In this document: piece by piece, positions 8,179-18,677 of the stretch
How positions within the stretch are numbered: position 1 is the first letter of the stretch
Layout of the letters: the number at the start of each line of letters is the position of its first letter
DNA from: a bacterium
GTDB taxonomy: Bacteria; Patescibacteriota; Patescibacteriia; JACQRZ01
Length of the DNA stretch: 44,477 bases
Assembly: GCA_030688365.1 (NCBI GenBank)
Contig: JAUYIE010000012.1
Coordinates: forward strand, 1-44,477
Direction of reading: 5' to 3'
Notes under the pieces: generated by a model
What the model was told of the DNA's origin: nothing
The model's input: only the letters and a program-made list of their open reading frames with translations
Databases searched by the model: none
Position numbers and translations under genes: made by a program

Positions 8179-9429
8179 CTACCCATCAAAATATTTCTTG
8201 TCTTTCAGTTCATCAGGTAAGCACTGCATATCGGCAACTTTGCTTTCTTCGTCGTGGATATATTTATATCCCTTTCCGTACCCAAGTCCTTTCATCAACG
8301 AAGTCGGCGAATTTCGTAAATGCAGTGGCACACCTAAATTACCATATTCTTTTGCATCCACTAGCGCTGCTTCCATAGCTAAATATGCTTTGTTGTTTTT
8401 TGGTGCCTGGCAAAGATACGCAACGGCGTGTGCTATGTTTATTCGCGCTTCAGGAAAACCGATTGAATGGACAGCAGAAAAAACATCATTTGCAATCATC
8501 AGTGCTTTCACATCCGCAAGACCAATATCTTCAGACGCAAAAACAATCATCCGTCGCGCTATAAACAACGGATCCTCTCCTGCCCAAATCATACGCGCGC
8601 ACCAATACATGGCCGCATCCACATCTGAATTTCTCATGCTTTTTATAAACGCCGAAATGATATTGTAGTGCTCTTCTCCGTTTTTGTCGTATTGCAATGC
8701 TTTGTGTTGTAGGGCATTCTCAAGATCGCTTTTTGTAATGTTCCGCCCCCCATCAATAACAGGCACCAAAGATGCGATGAGTTCCAGCCCATTGAGAAGC
8801 GCTCGCGCGTCTCCATTGGAGTACTGCAACAATACATCGCGTGCGTCATTTTCTATTATAAGATTTTGATCACCCAACCCGCGTTCTTTGTTTGTAAGTG
8901 CTTTGTCTAAAATTGTATTCAAAGATTCCGCTGTGTGTGCTTTGAGTGTAAACAGGCGAGCACGGGACAAGAGTGCAGAGTTCACCTCAAAAGAGGGGTT
9001 TTCTGTTGTCGCACCAATCAAAACGATCGTACCATCTTCAACTGATGGTAAAAAGGCATCTTGCTGTGATTTATTGAACCGATGAATCTCATCAACAAAC
9101 AAAATAGTCCGTTTATGGTGAAACTTAATAGCATCTTCCGCTTTTTTTATAATCTCCCTTGCTTCTTTAACTCCGGTCTGCACCGCACTCACTTGTACAA
9201 AATGTGCACCTGTCGTATGGGCGATAGCACGCGCAATCGTCGTCTTACCTACCCCCGGCGGACCCCACAAAATCATGGATGGTATTTTATCCGACTCAAT
9301 CATTTTTCGCAAAACACCTGTTTCATCAAGTAGATGCTCTTGTCCGACTATTTCATCAACTACAATAGGGCGCATACGTTGTGCCAATGGCGCCATCTCA
9401 CTTATATCTATTGTGTCAAAAAGATCCAT
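8179..9429 (-). CDS. rarA: Replication-associated recombination protein A (AAA+ ATPase, MgsA/RarA)
   Basis: 416 aa with Walker A GPPGVGKTT, Walker B ILFVDEIHRFNK, and a C-terminal MgsA block (YWCARMIWAGEDPLFIARRM). Confidence 0.9.
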   Translation of the reverse strand: MDLFDTIDISEMAPLAQRMRPIVVDEIVGQEHLLDETGVLRKMIESDKIPSMILWGPPGVGKTTIARAIAHTTGAHFVQVSAVQTGVKEAREIIKKAEDAIKFHHKRTILFVDEIHRFNKSQQDAFLPSVEDGTIVLIGATTENPSFEVNSALLSRARLFTLKAHTAESLNTILDKALTNKERGLGDQNLIIENDARDVLLQYSNGDARALLNGLELIASLVPVIDGGRNITKSDLENALQHKALQYDKNGEEHYNIISAFIKSMRNSDVDAAMYWCARMIWAGEDPLFIARRMIVFASEDIGLADVKALMIANDVFSAVHSIGFPEARINIAHAVAYLCQAPKNNKAYLAMEAALVDAKEYGNLGVPLHLRNSPTSLMKGLGYGKGYKYIHDEESKVADMQCLPDELKDKKYFDG

Positions 9430-9564
9430 ACATTTGGATGCTACTATATTTTCTCTTGTCGTTCAATAGATAGGACGTGAATTTTCAGAACTTGTGACGC
9501 AGGTTCCATCCCTGCCCAGAAGATTTAAAAAAAATACTTCAAAGTGATTTTTTATACTATACTA

Positions 9565-9608
9565 ACAAACAATGTGTACTGATAGTACATTAAAAATCTA
9601 TTGTTTGT
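9565..9608. promoter_or_regulatory. Nested palindromes in the 5' region of the lipoprotein gene (candidate operator or UTR hairpin)
   Basis: ACAAACAAT (9565..9573) pairs with ATTGTTTGT (9600..9608). These enclose the palindrome TGTACT-GAT-AGTACA (9575..9589). The site is 20-60 nt upstream of the AAGGAGG RBS. Confidence 0.35.
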
Positions 9609-9629
9609 CTCATAAGGAGGTTTGTTACA

Positions 9630-11666
9630 ATGACAAGAGTTTATTTTTTGGTTGTATCAATTAGTTTTTGTGCAGCGCTACTCGCGTGCGACGTACCGGA
9701 GCCGACGAATGTAATGCCAACAATTGCGTTCAAAACCATAGTGGGGCAGGAAAATTTCCCATCCCCGGTCGCAATACCAATCCCTGCCCCGACCACATCC
9801 CCAGTCGCAATACCAACAACAACACCAGCACAGGTCGCGCCAACGGGAATTTCTTTTTTCACGACATATCCAATAGACACTCGGGTTGATGCGCTTGTGT
9901 TCACAGCTTCTCCATCGCCACCTCCCTCTCCAGCACTATCGAGGATAGAGGATACTTTAGTACATTTGTGGGATTCAACAACGAGAGTGATTGAATCTAT
10001 GAAAGAGTTGACAGACCCAACATCCCCACAATGGGATCCTCCAGAAAATATGGTGTATGATTCAACTGATATCAGTAATGTACTGTCTTATTCTTTTAAA
10101 CGAACAACATCCAAATTTCAATTATACTCACTTGATGAAGACAAATTAATATCACCCCTCCGATACCCGGTGGGTCAACCAATTATTGTATTAATACATG
10201 GCAACAATCAAGAAAAACAGATTAAAACATTGTTTCGTTGGCACCGTCTAGTCCAGTATCTCCAGCAACACCCTGAAATGCATAAAAAAATACGTCATTT
10301 GCCTATGGTGTTATATCAATATGATTCTTCATACTCTGTTCAATTCATCGCCAGTATGCTACGAACACGATTGGATGAACACTATAGATACAGCCCTGTT
10401 TTCTTTGTTGGTCACAGTATGGGAGCACTTGTCGCAGATGCCGCCGCACATGAAAACTACTTGTACGATCCATATCATCACGTTGGCAATATAGCAATTG
10501 CCGGACCATTGCAGGGATCTCCGTTAGCCATTCCTCCTCTTATGCGAATCACGTTTAGTTATCAAATAGCTCGTGATTTCCTCACAGCATACTATTTGTT
10601 GACTATGGCAAACTGGGGTGCATATTCACGGTTGAGTGAGATGCCAATAAAAGAGTTACTTTTACATTTTGGGGATGTTTGGTTGAGCGACGGGATGAGA
10701 TCTTTATTTTATAATGGACGTAATGTGCCTATTCCATCAGGAAGTTATTATTTAAATGGAAAATTTTTTCCCGTCATATTAGATACAGCAACGCGGTGTG
10801 GTATACCTGGCGGAAATGTTCCATTTTTTATAGAGCCCATTCTCCATCACACAGAAGATGTATTTCGTAGGAAACAAAGTCGTTTTAATTATGCAGACAG
10901 TCTTACCATCTGGAAACGCGCCATGGGTGTTGTCCCAGACACCATAACCCATGCAGGATACCTCACTAAAGAAAAGCAAAACATGGATGAGTTAAAAACA
11001 TTGATTCAAGGCGGTGCATCATTATTAAATGATTACTTAGAAAAAAAGGATGATCCTCAGTACGAAAAACAGGCCCTTCAATTTCTTTGGACTCAATTTA
11101 TGTTTATTCCAACAGGACATAAAAATAATTTGGAAACAGATTATTGTGCAAATGATGGTATGGTAAGCGGTGATTCGGCGTTGAATCTGTCTCCTGGTCC
11201 AAATATTTGTGTTGTTAATAACGGAGAGATATCTATAGACATGGACGTGGTCAAAAGTCGTTGTAATGATTCTATTGAGTGCGTTGTTCATAAAAACATG
11301 AATCATGCTGATATGGTAGAAACACAGGATCCAGATTATTGGTCAAGTGTTGTAGAATCTCTAGCAACCCTTGTACGGCGATATTTCAAGTATTATATGC
11401 CACCAATAACCAATCCGAATGGTGGTTATGTAAAGACAGATTCACGGATAGAAAATATACTCTTAACAGATGAAAAAAATAAAATTAAAGATTTTTTTGT
11501 AAAAAAACTTTCAACAAAAGCAGACCGTTTAGTAATCATGCGTTACAATAATGGTTGGCAAATCAGGGTTGACCAATACCCACAACTCCCTTTGTTATAC
11601 TACCTAAAAAAAGAAAATGGAGTGTGGTATCCTTCAAATGCAAAAGAATTGGCTTTTATTCCATAA
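9630..11666 (+). CDS. Predicted secreted lipoprotein with an alpha/beta-hydrolase (lipase/esterase-like) domain
   Basis: Strong RBS AAGGAGG. Signal peptide with a lipobox-like LLAC, a Pro/Thr-rich linker, VLIHGNN and the GHSMGA nucleophile elbow. Confidence 0.6.
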   Translation: MTRVYFLVVSISFCAALLACDVPEPTNVMPTIAFKTIVGQENFPSPVAIPIPAPTTSPVAIPTTTPAQVAPTGISFFTTYPIDTRVDALVFTASPSPPPSPALSRIEDTLVHLWDSTTRVIESMKELTDPTSPQWDPPENMVYDSTDISNVLSYSFKRTTSKFQLYSLDEDKLISPLRYPVGQPIIVLIHGNNQEKQIKTLFRWHRLVQYLQQHPEMHKKIRHLPMVLYQYDSSYSVQFIASMLRTRLDEHYRYSPVFFVGHSMGALVADAAAHENYLYDPYHHVGNIAIAGPLQGSPLAIPPLMRITFSYQIARDFLTAYYLLTMANWGAYSRLSEMPIKELLLHFGDVWLSDGMRSLFYNGRNVPIPSGSYYLNGKFFPVILDTATRCGIPGGNVPFFIEPILHHTEDVFRRKQSRFNYADSLTIWKRAMGVVPDTITHAGYLTKEKQNMDELKTLIQGGASLLNDYLEKKDDPQYEKQALQFLWTQFMFIPTGHKNNLETDYCANDGMVSGDSALNLSPGPNICVVNNGEISIDMDVVKSRCNDSIECVVHKNMNHADMVETQDPDYWSSVVESLATLVRRYFKYYMPPITNPNGGYVKTDSRIENILLTDEKNKIKDFFVKKLSTKADRLVIMRYNNGWQIRVDQYPQLPLLYYLKKENGVWYPSNAKELAFIP

Positions 11667-11674
11667 ACACACAA

Positions 11675-11707
11675 CCCCAAGTGTCTAACAACTTGGGGTT
11701 AATTTTT
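11675..11707 (+). terminator. Rho-independent terminator
   Basis: CCCCAAGT (11675..11682) pairs with ACTTGGGG (11691..11698), followed by a T-rich tail. Confidence 0.7.
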
Positions 11708-12015
11708 ATAAAAATAGTGGACTACTATGGGGACAATATCTGTACAAAATGCGGATAACTAAACATTACACGAATGTTCTTTAGAAACATCCAACTTATT
11801 CTCATCTCATTAGACTTGTAATACCTTTTGTATACCCTATTTATCCTCCGGATTTTTCTAAGTACAGAAAGAAAAAAAATGGTTATCCCCCCAATTCACA
11901 CCCCTTATTATGATTATTATTATCCCTTTTATATATATTAGGGATTCTTATAACAATATGTAACATTGAATTAATTCACGATAAACCTATAATGAAGTAA
12001 TACAGTCACACAAGT

Positions 12016-14649
12016 ATGTATTTAGAAAAACTGGAGATTCAAGGATTTAAGTCATTTGCTCAAAAAACAGTACTTTCCTTCCTTGTTATCAATAAACACA
12101 CAAAAGGGGTAACTGCGGTAGTTGGCCCCAATGGTTCTGGTAAGTCCAATATTGCCGATGCTATACGCTGGGCACTTGGTGAGCAAAGTACAAAACAACT
12201 TCGCGGAAAGAAATCCGAGGATATTATTTTTTTTGGTTCACAAATAAAATCCAGACTTGGATATGCTGAAGTATCGTTATATTTTAACAATGAGGATAGT
12301 GTGTTTCCTTTTGATTATCCTGAAGTGGTGATTACTCGACGACTATATCGCGATGATCAGTCGCTATATTTATTAAACAACAACATAACAAAACTTTCTG
12401 ATATTATATTACTTCTCGCCCAAGCACACGTGGGACAAAAAAGTTATAGCGTTATTGGTCAAGGTATGATTGACACTATTATTAATGCGACACCAGCCGA
12501 TAGGAAAGATTTTTTTTATGAAGCAGCGGGGGTAAAAGTGTATCAAATAAAAAAAGACCAAAGTATTTCTAAGCTTCATCAAACAGAGACTAATGTTTCA
12601 CAAATAACACTTCAACTTGCCGAACTTGAGCCAAAACTTAAATATCTTAAGCGTCAAATGGGGCGACTTGCTCAACGGGAACAGTGGGAAAAAGAGTATG
12701 GGGACGTTGCAAAACAACTCTATAATCACCAATGGAACATACAACAAGATCGTATTGGTGTATTACACAAACAAGAAGAACAAATAAAAAAACAAATTAC
12801 AGACATTAAAGAAAAATTATCCGCGTTACAGCACACTTTTGATAGTTTTGAGAACTTAAATATTGACACACAACAACAATCAAATAAAGACAGTCTTACA
12901 AAAAAAATTAATGATCTCTATCGTCAACAAAGAGAACTTTTATCACATATTTCATTAATAAGTGGTCGCCTTGAATTAGATTTGGAGAAAAAAGGAAAAG
13001 CCCACCTTTCATGGATTACTCGTAGGATTGATGAAGTCACACTACTTCAACAAGATTTGTCTCACCAAAAAGAGGAAGTGCTCGCTAGTCAACAATATTT
13101 TAAAAAAAATATTGATACATTAACAAAAAATAAAGAGCGGTTACTTCAACAAAAAAAAGAAGAAGAAGGCATAAATCAACCCCCTTCACACACTCAAAGT
13201 GTTTTAATTCAGACAAAAAAAGCGATTCAAGAAATTTTATCTACAAAAGATGTTTTTTACAAAGAAACCGAAACACTTGAACGTCTTGTTGTGTTTACTA
13301 AAAACCTATATAGCAAAATTGATACTATTTTTGGGTGGTTTAGTGTATTACCAACCAATAACACCACACGAGAAACACAAGTAGATTTTAAAAGGGATGT
13401 TGATCGTGAATATGCTGTGGTACTTTCATCTTTAGAAAAAGAGAGCGTGCAATATCAAATGGTGGGGGCGCGTCTAGAAAATCTTGAATCTCAAGAAGAA
13501 ATAACACGCCGTGAGTTAGAAAAATTGCAAAGCGAGCTGATATATTATGGAAGTGATGACAAAAAAGAGCGAGACCACACACTCAATCTAGAAAAAGAAA
13601 AAGATCAAAATATGTTACTGTCAGTAAATAAGGAAATTCTTGAAATAGAACAAAAACTTGTTTCTATTCGCGAGATGGAACAAGTAGCGCGTAGTGAAGT
13701 ATTTACACTTCAAAAAGAAATTCAAGCCACACAAGAACAGTTACACGAAAAAGAACAACTATTTTCACAAAACCAAATTGAATGTGCTAAGTATTCTGCA
13801 CACAGGGATGATTTACTAGAAAAACTATGTGAAGATTTGTTTGTTGAAACTGGCGTGCGAATAGAATTACAAGCAAACACTGAAAGCGTTGTTTCTGTGT
13901 TGGGTTTTGATACCACCTTTTATTTGGATGATGAAGAAAGTGTTTCACGGAGTATGTATTTATTAAAAAATAAACTTGCACAACTGGGTATGATTGACAC
14001 TCAAGAGGTTGCAGACTATGAAGAAACAAAAAATACAGTTGAGTTTTTACAACATCAGCTTGAAGACCTGTCAAATGCACAAAAATCTTTGGAGATAGCG
14101 ATTTGGGAACTGGATGAAATGATAAAAAAACAATTTACAGAATCAATGAAACACATCAATAAGTCTTTCAATGAATATTTTCAAGAAGTTTTTCGTGGTG
14201 GGTCAGCAAAACTTATTCTTCACAAAGAACAGCCAGTTGAGAGTGTGGAGGATGACACAAATACCACAATAGAGACCTTTGATGGTATCCAGGGAGTTGA
14301 GATTGAGGCGACACCTCCGGGAAAAAAGATTAAAAGTATTAGTTTTTTATCTGGGGGTGAAAAGGCGCTTGCTTCTATTGCCTTAATTTGCGCGATTATG
14401 GCAAATAACCCATCACCATTTGTAGTGCTAGATGAAGTGGACGCGGCGCTAGATGAATCAAACGCCCATCGTTTTGCCTATATTTTGACCCAACTTTCAC
14501 ATAAAACTCAATTTGTTGTTATAACCCACAATCGCGTTACTATGCATATTGCCCAGCGTTTGTATGGCGTAACAATGGGCTCGGATGGTACATCCTCTGT
14601 CGTCAGTCTTGACATTGATGGTGTGAGTGATATATTGACCAAACAATAA
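12016..14649 (+). CDS. smc: SMC chromosome-partition ATPase, unusually short (877 aa)
   Basis: N-terminal head with GPNGSGKSNIADAIRWALGEQS. C-terminal head with LSGGEKALASIAL and FVVLDEVDAALD. Long heptad-rich middle. No canonical hinge recognised. Confidence 0.85.
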   Translation: MYLEKLEIQGFKSFAQKTVLSFLVINKHTKGVTAVVGPNGSGKSNIADAIRWALGEQSTKQLRGKKSEDIIFFGSQIKSRLGYAEVSLYFNNEDSVFPFDYPEVVITRRLYRDDQSLYLLNNNITKLSDIILLLAQAHVGQKSYSVIGQGMIDTIINATPADRKDFFYEAAGVKVYQIKKDQSISKLHQTETNVSQITLQLAELEPKLKYLKRQMGRLAQREQWEKEYGDVAKQLYNHQWNIQQDRIGVLHKQEEQIKKQITDIKEKLSALQHTFDSFENLNIDTQQQSNKDSLTKKINDLYRQQRELLSHISLISGRLELDLEKKGKAHLSWITRRIDEVTLLQQDLSHQKEEVLASQQYFKKNIDTLTKNKERLLQQKKEEEGINQPPSHTQSVLIQTKKAIQEILSTKDVFYKETETLERLVVFTKNLYSKIDTIFGWFSVLPTNNTTRETQVDFKRDVDREYAVVLSSLEKESVQYQMVGARLENLESQEEITRRELEKLQSELIYYGSDDKKERDHTLNLEKEKDQNMLLSVNKEILEIEQKLVSIREMEQVARSEVFTLQKEIQATQEQLHEKEQLFSQNQIECAKYSAHRDDLLEKLCEDLFVETGVRIELQANTESVVSVLGFDTTFYLDDEESVSRSMYLLKNKLAQLGMIDTQEVADYEETKNTVEFLQHQLEDLSNAQKSLEIAIWELDEMIKKQFTESMKHINKSFNEYFQEVFRGGSAKLILHKEQPVESVEDDTNTTIETFDGIQGVEIEATPPGKKIKSISFLSGGEKALASIALICAIMANNPSPFVVLDEVDAALDESNAHRFAYILTQLSHKTQFVVITHNRVTMHIAQRLYGVTMGSDGTSSVVSLDIDGVSDILTKQ

Positions 14650-14713
14650 ATATTTGCCGTTATACTGGAAATATTTGCCGTTATACCGGCGTTTTCTATT
14701 TAATGAAACAGTT

Positions 14714-15112
14714 ATGCTCATGATTCGTCTTGCTCGTGGAGGAAAGAAAAATAAGCCCTTTTTTAGGGTGGTTATCTCTGAAAAAAGTAAGGATCTTTAT
14801 GGAGATTCTCTTGAGATTCTTGGATACGTCAATCCTATTTCTCCGCGAGAGATAAAATTAAACGCAGAGAGGATACAATATTGGCTTTCAAAAGGCGCTC
14901 AGTGCTCTCCTCGTGTACACAACATATTGGTGGATGAAAAAATTATAGACGCACCTAAAATTAAGAAACTGTTTTCTGAAAAGAAAAAGGTTTCCGAAGA
15001 GAAAGTAGAACAAAAAGAATCAGCGCCAACAACAAATGAAATGGAAGCACATGTACCGGCACCAGAACAAGGAGAGCTAAAACCAGCTGACGTCACTGAA
15101 GTTACCACTTAA
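14714..15112 (+). CDS. rpsP: 30S ribosomal protein S16 with a Lys/Glu-rich C-terminal extension
   Basis: MLMIRLARGGKKNKPFFRVV... matches the S16 N-terminus. The longer upstream ORF start at 14654 was rejected. Confidence 0.9.
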   Translation: MLMIRLARGGKKNKPFFRVVISEKSKDLYGDSLEILGYVNPISPREIKLNAERIQYWLSKGAQCSPRVHNILVDEKIIDAPKIKKLFSEKKKVSEEKVEQKESAPTTNEMEAHVPAPEQGELKPADVTEVTT

Positions 15113-15139
15113 TTGTTTTATTAAAAAGAATATTTAAGT

Positions 15140-15168
15140 TTGACAAAATCATTTTTTTGTACTATCAT
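15140..15168 (+). promoter_or_regulatory. Sigma70-like promoter
   Basis: TTGACA (15140..15145), 17-nt spacer, TATCAT (15163..15168). Located upstream of the KH-domain gene. Confidence 0.55.
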
Positions 15169-15217
15169 TATAGGTATGATATAGTTTAATTACTAAGTCG
15201 TAAGCACAGACACGTGT

Positions 15218-15550
15218 ATGGCAATGACAGACCAACAGTTTGTTGAGACCGTAGTACAGGCGATCGTTTCACATCCGGAAGATGTGACAACCGAGCGCAA
15301 GGTGGATGAAATGGGAGTATTGATCACTCTCCATATCAATCCAGAAGATATGGGATATGTGATTGGTCGCGAAGGGCAGACTGCTCGCGCAATCCGCACA
15401 CTTCTCCGAATCGTCGGAGCGAAGAACAACGCTCGTGTGAATCTCAAGATTCACGAACCAGAAGGTTCACGTGGTCCACGTCGCACAGAGACGTCAAGCG
15501 CGCCGGCAACTCCAATTGACACTAGTATGGTAGATGATTTTCAACTATAA
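15218..15550 (+). CDS. KH-domain RNA-binding protein (YlqC/UPF0109 family) with a C-terminal extension
   Basis: VIGREGQTARAIRTLL is a GxxG KH motif. The position between rpsP and trmD is conserved. Confidence 0.85.
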   Translation: MAMTDQQFVETVVQAIVSHPEDVTTERKVDEMGVLITLHINPEDMGYVIGREGQTARAIRTLLRIVGAKNNARVNLKIHEPEGSRGPRRTETSSAPATPIDTSMVDDFQL

Positions 15551-15563
15551 TCATTGAACGTTT

Positions 15564-15598
15564 ACATCATAAGCCCGCCCTTGCGGGTTTTATGATGT
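15564..15598 (+). terminator. Long stem-loop (terminator/attenuator-like) between the KH gene and trmD
   Basis: ACATCATAAGCCCGC pairs with GCGGGTTTTATGATGT (15 bp allowing one G-U and one bulged T; exact blocks ACATCATAA/TTATGATGT and GCCCGC/GCGGGT). U-rich 3' side. Confidence 0.45.
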
Positions 15599-15606
15599 CA
15601 TTTTAT

Positions 15607-16254
15607 ATGCGTTTCGACATCATCACAATTTTTCCCCACCTTCTCGACTCATATACAAATGAAAGTCTTTTGAAACGCGCGCAAAAGAATAACCTTCTTT
15701 CTATAAACACCCATGATTTACGTGCGCATACAAATGATCCGCACAACAAAGTGGATGATACTCCTTATGGGGGAGGCCCAGGAATGGTGTACCAAGTAGA
15801 GCCGGTCGTACAAGCGTTGGAAGCACTTCCTCGTGATAAAAAGAGTACTGTGATCTTGACTTCCCCTCGCGGAACGCCGTTTTCTCAAAAGATGGCTAAA
15901 CAATTATCAAAATATGACCAGCTCATCTTTGTATGTCCTAGATATGAAGGTATTGATGAGCGAATCAAAAAATATATTGATAAAGAGATTTCTATCGGAC
16001 CGTATGTCCTTAATGGTGGAGAAATAGCGGCAATGGTTGTCATTGAGGCAGTTTCGCGCTATATTCCAGGGGTACTTGGCAAGGAAGAATCACTGGTGGA
16101 AGAGTCGTTTTCTCAAGAAGGTGTGCTTGAATATCCTCAATATACACGTCCAGAGACCTTCCGTGGAAGTTGGGTGCCAAAAATCCTTCTTTCCGGTAAC
16201 CATAAGAAAATTGCGGAATGGAGGGCAAAAAAGAGCCCCAAAGGGGCCACTTAG
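15607..16254 (+). CDS. trmD: tRNA (guanine37-N1)-methyltransferase
   Basis: MRFDIITIFP start, DDTPYGGGPGMV and CPRYEGIDERI. The ORF is open from 15592, but ATG 15607 matches the family N-terminus. Confidence 0.9.
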   Translation: MRFDIITIFPHLLDSYTNESLLKRAQKNNLLSINTHDLRAHTNDPHNKVDDTPYGGGPGMVYQVEPVVQALEALPRDKKSTVILTSPRGTPFSQKMAKQLSKYDQLIFVCPRYEGIDERIKKYIDKEISIGPYVLNGGEIAAMVVIEAVSRYIPGVLGKEESLVEESFSQEGVLEYPQYTRPETFRGSWVPKILLSGNHKKIAEWRAKKSPKGAT

Positions 16255-16302
16255 TGGCAAAAAGACATAAAACTGTGGATATCTTGTGTACACTATTGAT
16301 TC

Positions 16303-16331
16303 TTGACAGATTTTCGTTATAATTATAGTAT
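16303..16331 (+). promoter_or_regulatory. Candidate 16S rRNA promoter
   Basis: TTGACA (16303..16308), 17-nt spacer, TAGTAT (16326..16331). Confidence 0.4.
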
Positions 16332-16360
16332 CAAAGCGGTATTTGTTATTAACAATCACA

Positions 16361-16370
16361 TTCTTTAAAC
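16361..16370 (+). promoter_or_regulatory. boxA-like antitermination element in the 16S leader
   Basis: TTCTTTAAAC resembles the bacterial rrn boxA consensus (GCTCTTTAACAA / TGTTCTTTGAAAAC). Confidence 0.4.
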
Positions 16371-16480
16371 GACGTTTGGCAAACAAGAGTCTTTGAAGAT
16401 AGAAGAAAGGAGTTCTTCCTAAAAAGGACTTCCTTCTTTTTTCTTCGAAATACCCCAACTAGGGAGCTATCGAAGAGAAG

Positions 16481-16506
16481 ATCTTTTCATCCATTAAGTG
16501 ATAGAC
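16481..16506 (+). other. 5' strand of the putative 16S processing stem
   Basis: ATCTTTTCATCCATTAAGTGATAGAC pairs with 20949..20974. By hand: 23 Watson-Crick pairs, 2 G-U pairs and 1 mismatch. Confidence 0.6.
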
Positions 16507-16578
16507 AACTATTTTGAGGAAACTTGAAATAGTATCTCGCAATTTTTTGTTTTTTAGAGCAAGTTCTTACTCTTTATA

Positions 16579-16617
<39 letters not shown>

Positions 16618-17343
16618 TCTAAGGCATGCAAGTCGAACGAACCGATTTGAGTAGCAATACTTGATGAGGTGAGTGGCAGACGGGAGCGTAACACATTGGT
16701 AACCTACCCCGGAGTTTGGCATAACCCGCCGAAAGGCGAGCTAATTCCAAATACGTTTCGCGATCATATGGTTGTGAAAGAAAGGAGCAATCCACTCTTG
16801 GAGGGGCCTATGGCTCATCAGCTTGTTGGTAAGGTAAAAGCTTACCAAGGCTACGACGAGTAGCGGGTGTGGGAGCACGACCCGCCTCACAGGGACTGAG
16901 ACACTGCCCTGACTCCTACGGGAGGCTGCAGTCAAGAATATTCCCCAATGGGCGAAAGCCTGAGGGAGCGACGCCGCGTGCAGGACGAAGTCCTTCGGGA
17001 TGTAAACTGCTTTTGTGTAGGAATACTTACGAAGGTACTACACGAATAAGTGCCTGCTAAACTCGTGCCAGCAGCAGCGGTAATACGAGTGGCACAAGCG
17101 TTATCCGGTTTTACTGGGCGTAAAGGGTCCGCAGGTGGTTTTATAAGTTTGGTGTTAAATCCTGGTGCTCAACATCAGGGCCGCATCGAAAACTATAAGA
17201 CTAGAGGCTGGGAGAGGCATACGGAATTGCTGGTGTAGGGGTCAAATCCGTTAATATCAGCAAGAACACCAAAGGCGAAGGCAGTATGCTAGAACAGTCC
17301 TGACACTCAGGGACGAAAGCGTGGGGAGCGAATGGGATTAGAT

Positions 17344-18373
17344 AAATCCCAACCGTGGTTTGTGAAAACAAACGAGCGGTGAATGGTGTCCTTTTTGATG
17401 GCGACATCAAAATGAGCATTCAGCTATATCGGTGAAAACCCAAGAGATAAAGGTACTACTGCCTTTCTTGGAAAACCCCGAGGGAAGTTTTTCTTTTATG
17501 GAAAACCCCGTAGAGACTATGAAGATGGTCAACAGAGATAGAAGGTGCTAATCACTATGTTTATGAAACAAAATGATTTCGTGCCTTTGTCGGATCAAGT
17601 TCAGTCGATCATATTAGGATCGTTATTAGGAGATGGATCACTTACTTTCAATAAAGGGTATGCAAATGCGCGATTTACATTTCGCCATTCGCAAGTCCAA
17701 GAAGAATATTTTCAATGGAAAGCAATTCAATTGAAGGAAATTTCTTCGGATCGTGATGTTTTTTTGCAAAACCCTGATGGGTATTCAAAAAATAATAAGT
17801 TACGATATCAAAGTAAAGCGCTCCCCTCATTAACATTCCTTTATAAGGAAACTTATAAGCATAATCGACTTCGTATCAGAAGGAAATGGCTCAATACCAT
17901 GACTCCATTATCACTTGCGATTTGGTGGTGCGACGATGGGTCGCTCATATCAAATTCAAGAAAAGGAGTATTTTGTACTGACGGATTTGATAAAGAATCA
18001 GTACAACTTTTGTCGCAATATTTCAAAGTGGTGTGGAAAGTGGAGACACATTGTGCACCGATTGGAAGAAAACGCGATGGGAAGAAAGAAGAATACTGGA
18101 GGCTTTGGATTCGTTCTACTGACGAACTCAAAAAATTTCTTACTATTATTCTGCCTTATATACCTGTAGCATCAATGCTACAAAAAGCCCTTCTGCTCTA
18201 TAACGATCAACATCTTCAGCAACGCTGGATCTCTGAAGTAGTTACCCTTACTCATTTTTCAGAAGAAGTTGTACAACAACAACTAGAAGAAAAGCGAACT
18301 AAGTGGAAACGTTTCAGAGAATGATATAGTCCAATCTGTGTGGTAACATACAGTCCATAATATATGGAACATG
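17344..18373 (+). mobile_element. Group I intron 1 in 16S (near E. coli position 793/794), carrying a homing-endonuclease gene
   Basis: The 5' exon ends in U and the insertion ends in G. GNRA hairpin GTTTGT-GAAA-ACAAAC. Core-like motifs CTATATCGGTGAA, CCGAGGGAAGTTT, GGAAAACCCCGTAGAGACTA and GATATAGTCC are shared with intron 3 and partly with the tRNA-Phe intron. Confidence 0.7.
17557..18324 (+). CDS. Double-motif LAGLIDADG homing endonuclease (intron 1 ORF)
   Basis: Motifs ILGSLLGDGSL and IWWCDDGSLI. ATG 17557 is preceded by GAAGG. The ORF is open from GTG 17545. Confidence 0.85.
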   Translation: MFMKQNDFVPLSDQVQSIILGSLLGDGSLTFNKGYANARFTFRHSQVQEEYFQWKAIQLKEISSDRDVFLQNPDGYSKNNKLRYQSKALPSLTFLYKETYKHNRLRIRRKWLNTMTPLSLAIWWCDDGSLISNSRKGVFCTDGFDKESVQLLSQYFKVVWKVETHCAPIGRKRDGKKEEYWRLWIRSTDELKKFLTIILPYIPVASMLQKALLLYNDQHLQQRWISEVVTLTHFSEEVVQQQLEEKRTKWKRFRE

Positions 18374-18516
18374 ACCCCAGTAGTCCACGCCCTAAACGAT
18401 GGATGCTAGGCATTGGAGGTGTCGACCCCTTCAGTGCCGTATACCCAAGCTAACGCGTTAAGCATCCCGCCTGGGAAGTACGGCCGCAAGGCTAAAACTT
18501 AAAGGAATTGACGGGA

Positions 18517-18554
<38 letters not shown>

Positions 18555-18633
18555 ATAAGCGAGGAACCTTACCAGGGTTTGACATCCCGCGAATTTTTGA
18601 GAAATCAGAAAGTGCCCGCAAGGGAGCGTGGTG

Positions 18634-18677
<44 letters not shown>

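Noticed and set aside
16401-16445. Terminator-like hairpin in the 16S leader.
   Set aside because: The pairing is imperfect and ambiguous by hand, with several competing small AGGA/UCCT stems. It is not strong enough to report as a feature.
17334-17350. The hairpin GGGATT-AGATA-AATCCC as the P1 helix of 16S intron 1.
   Set aside because: It would place the splice site in the loop rather than at a U-G pair. An alternative weak pairing of exon UAGAU with GUUUG competes with the GNRA hairpin. P1 of intron 1 is therefore left unresolved.
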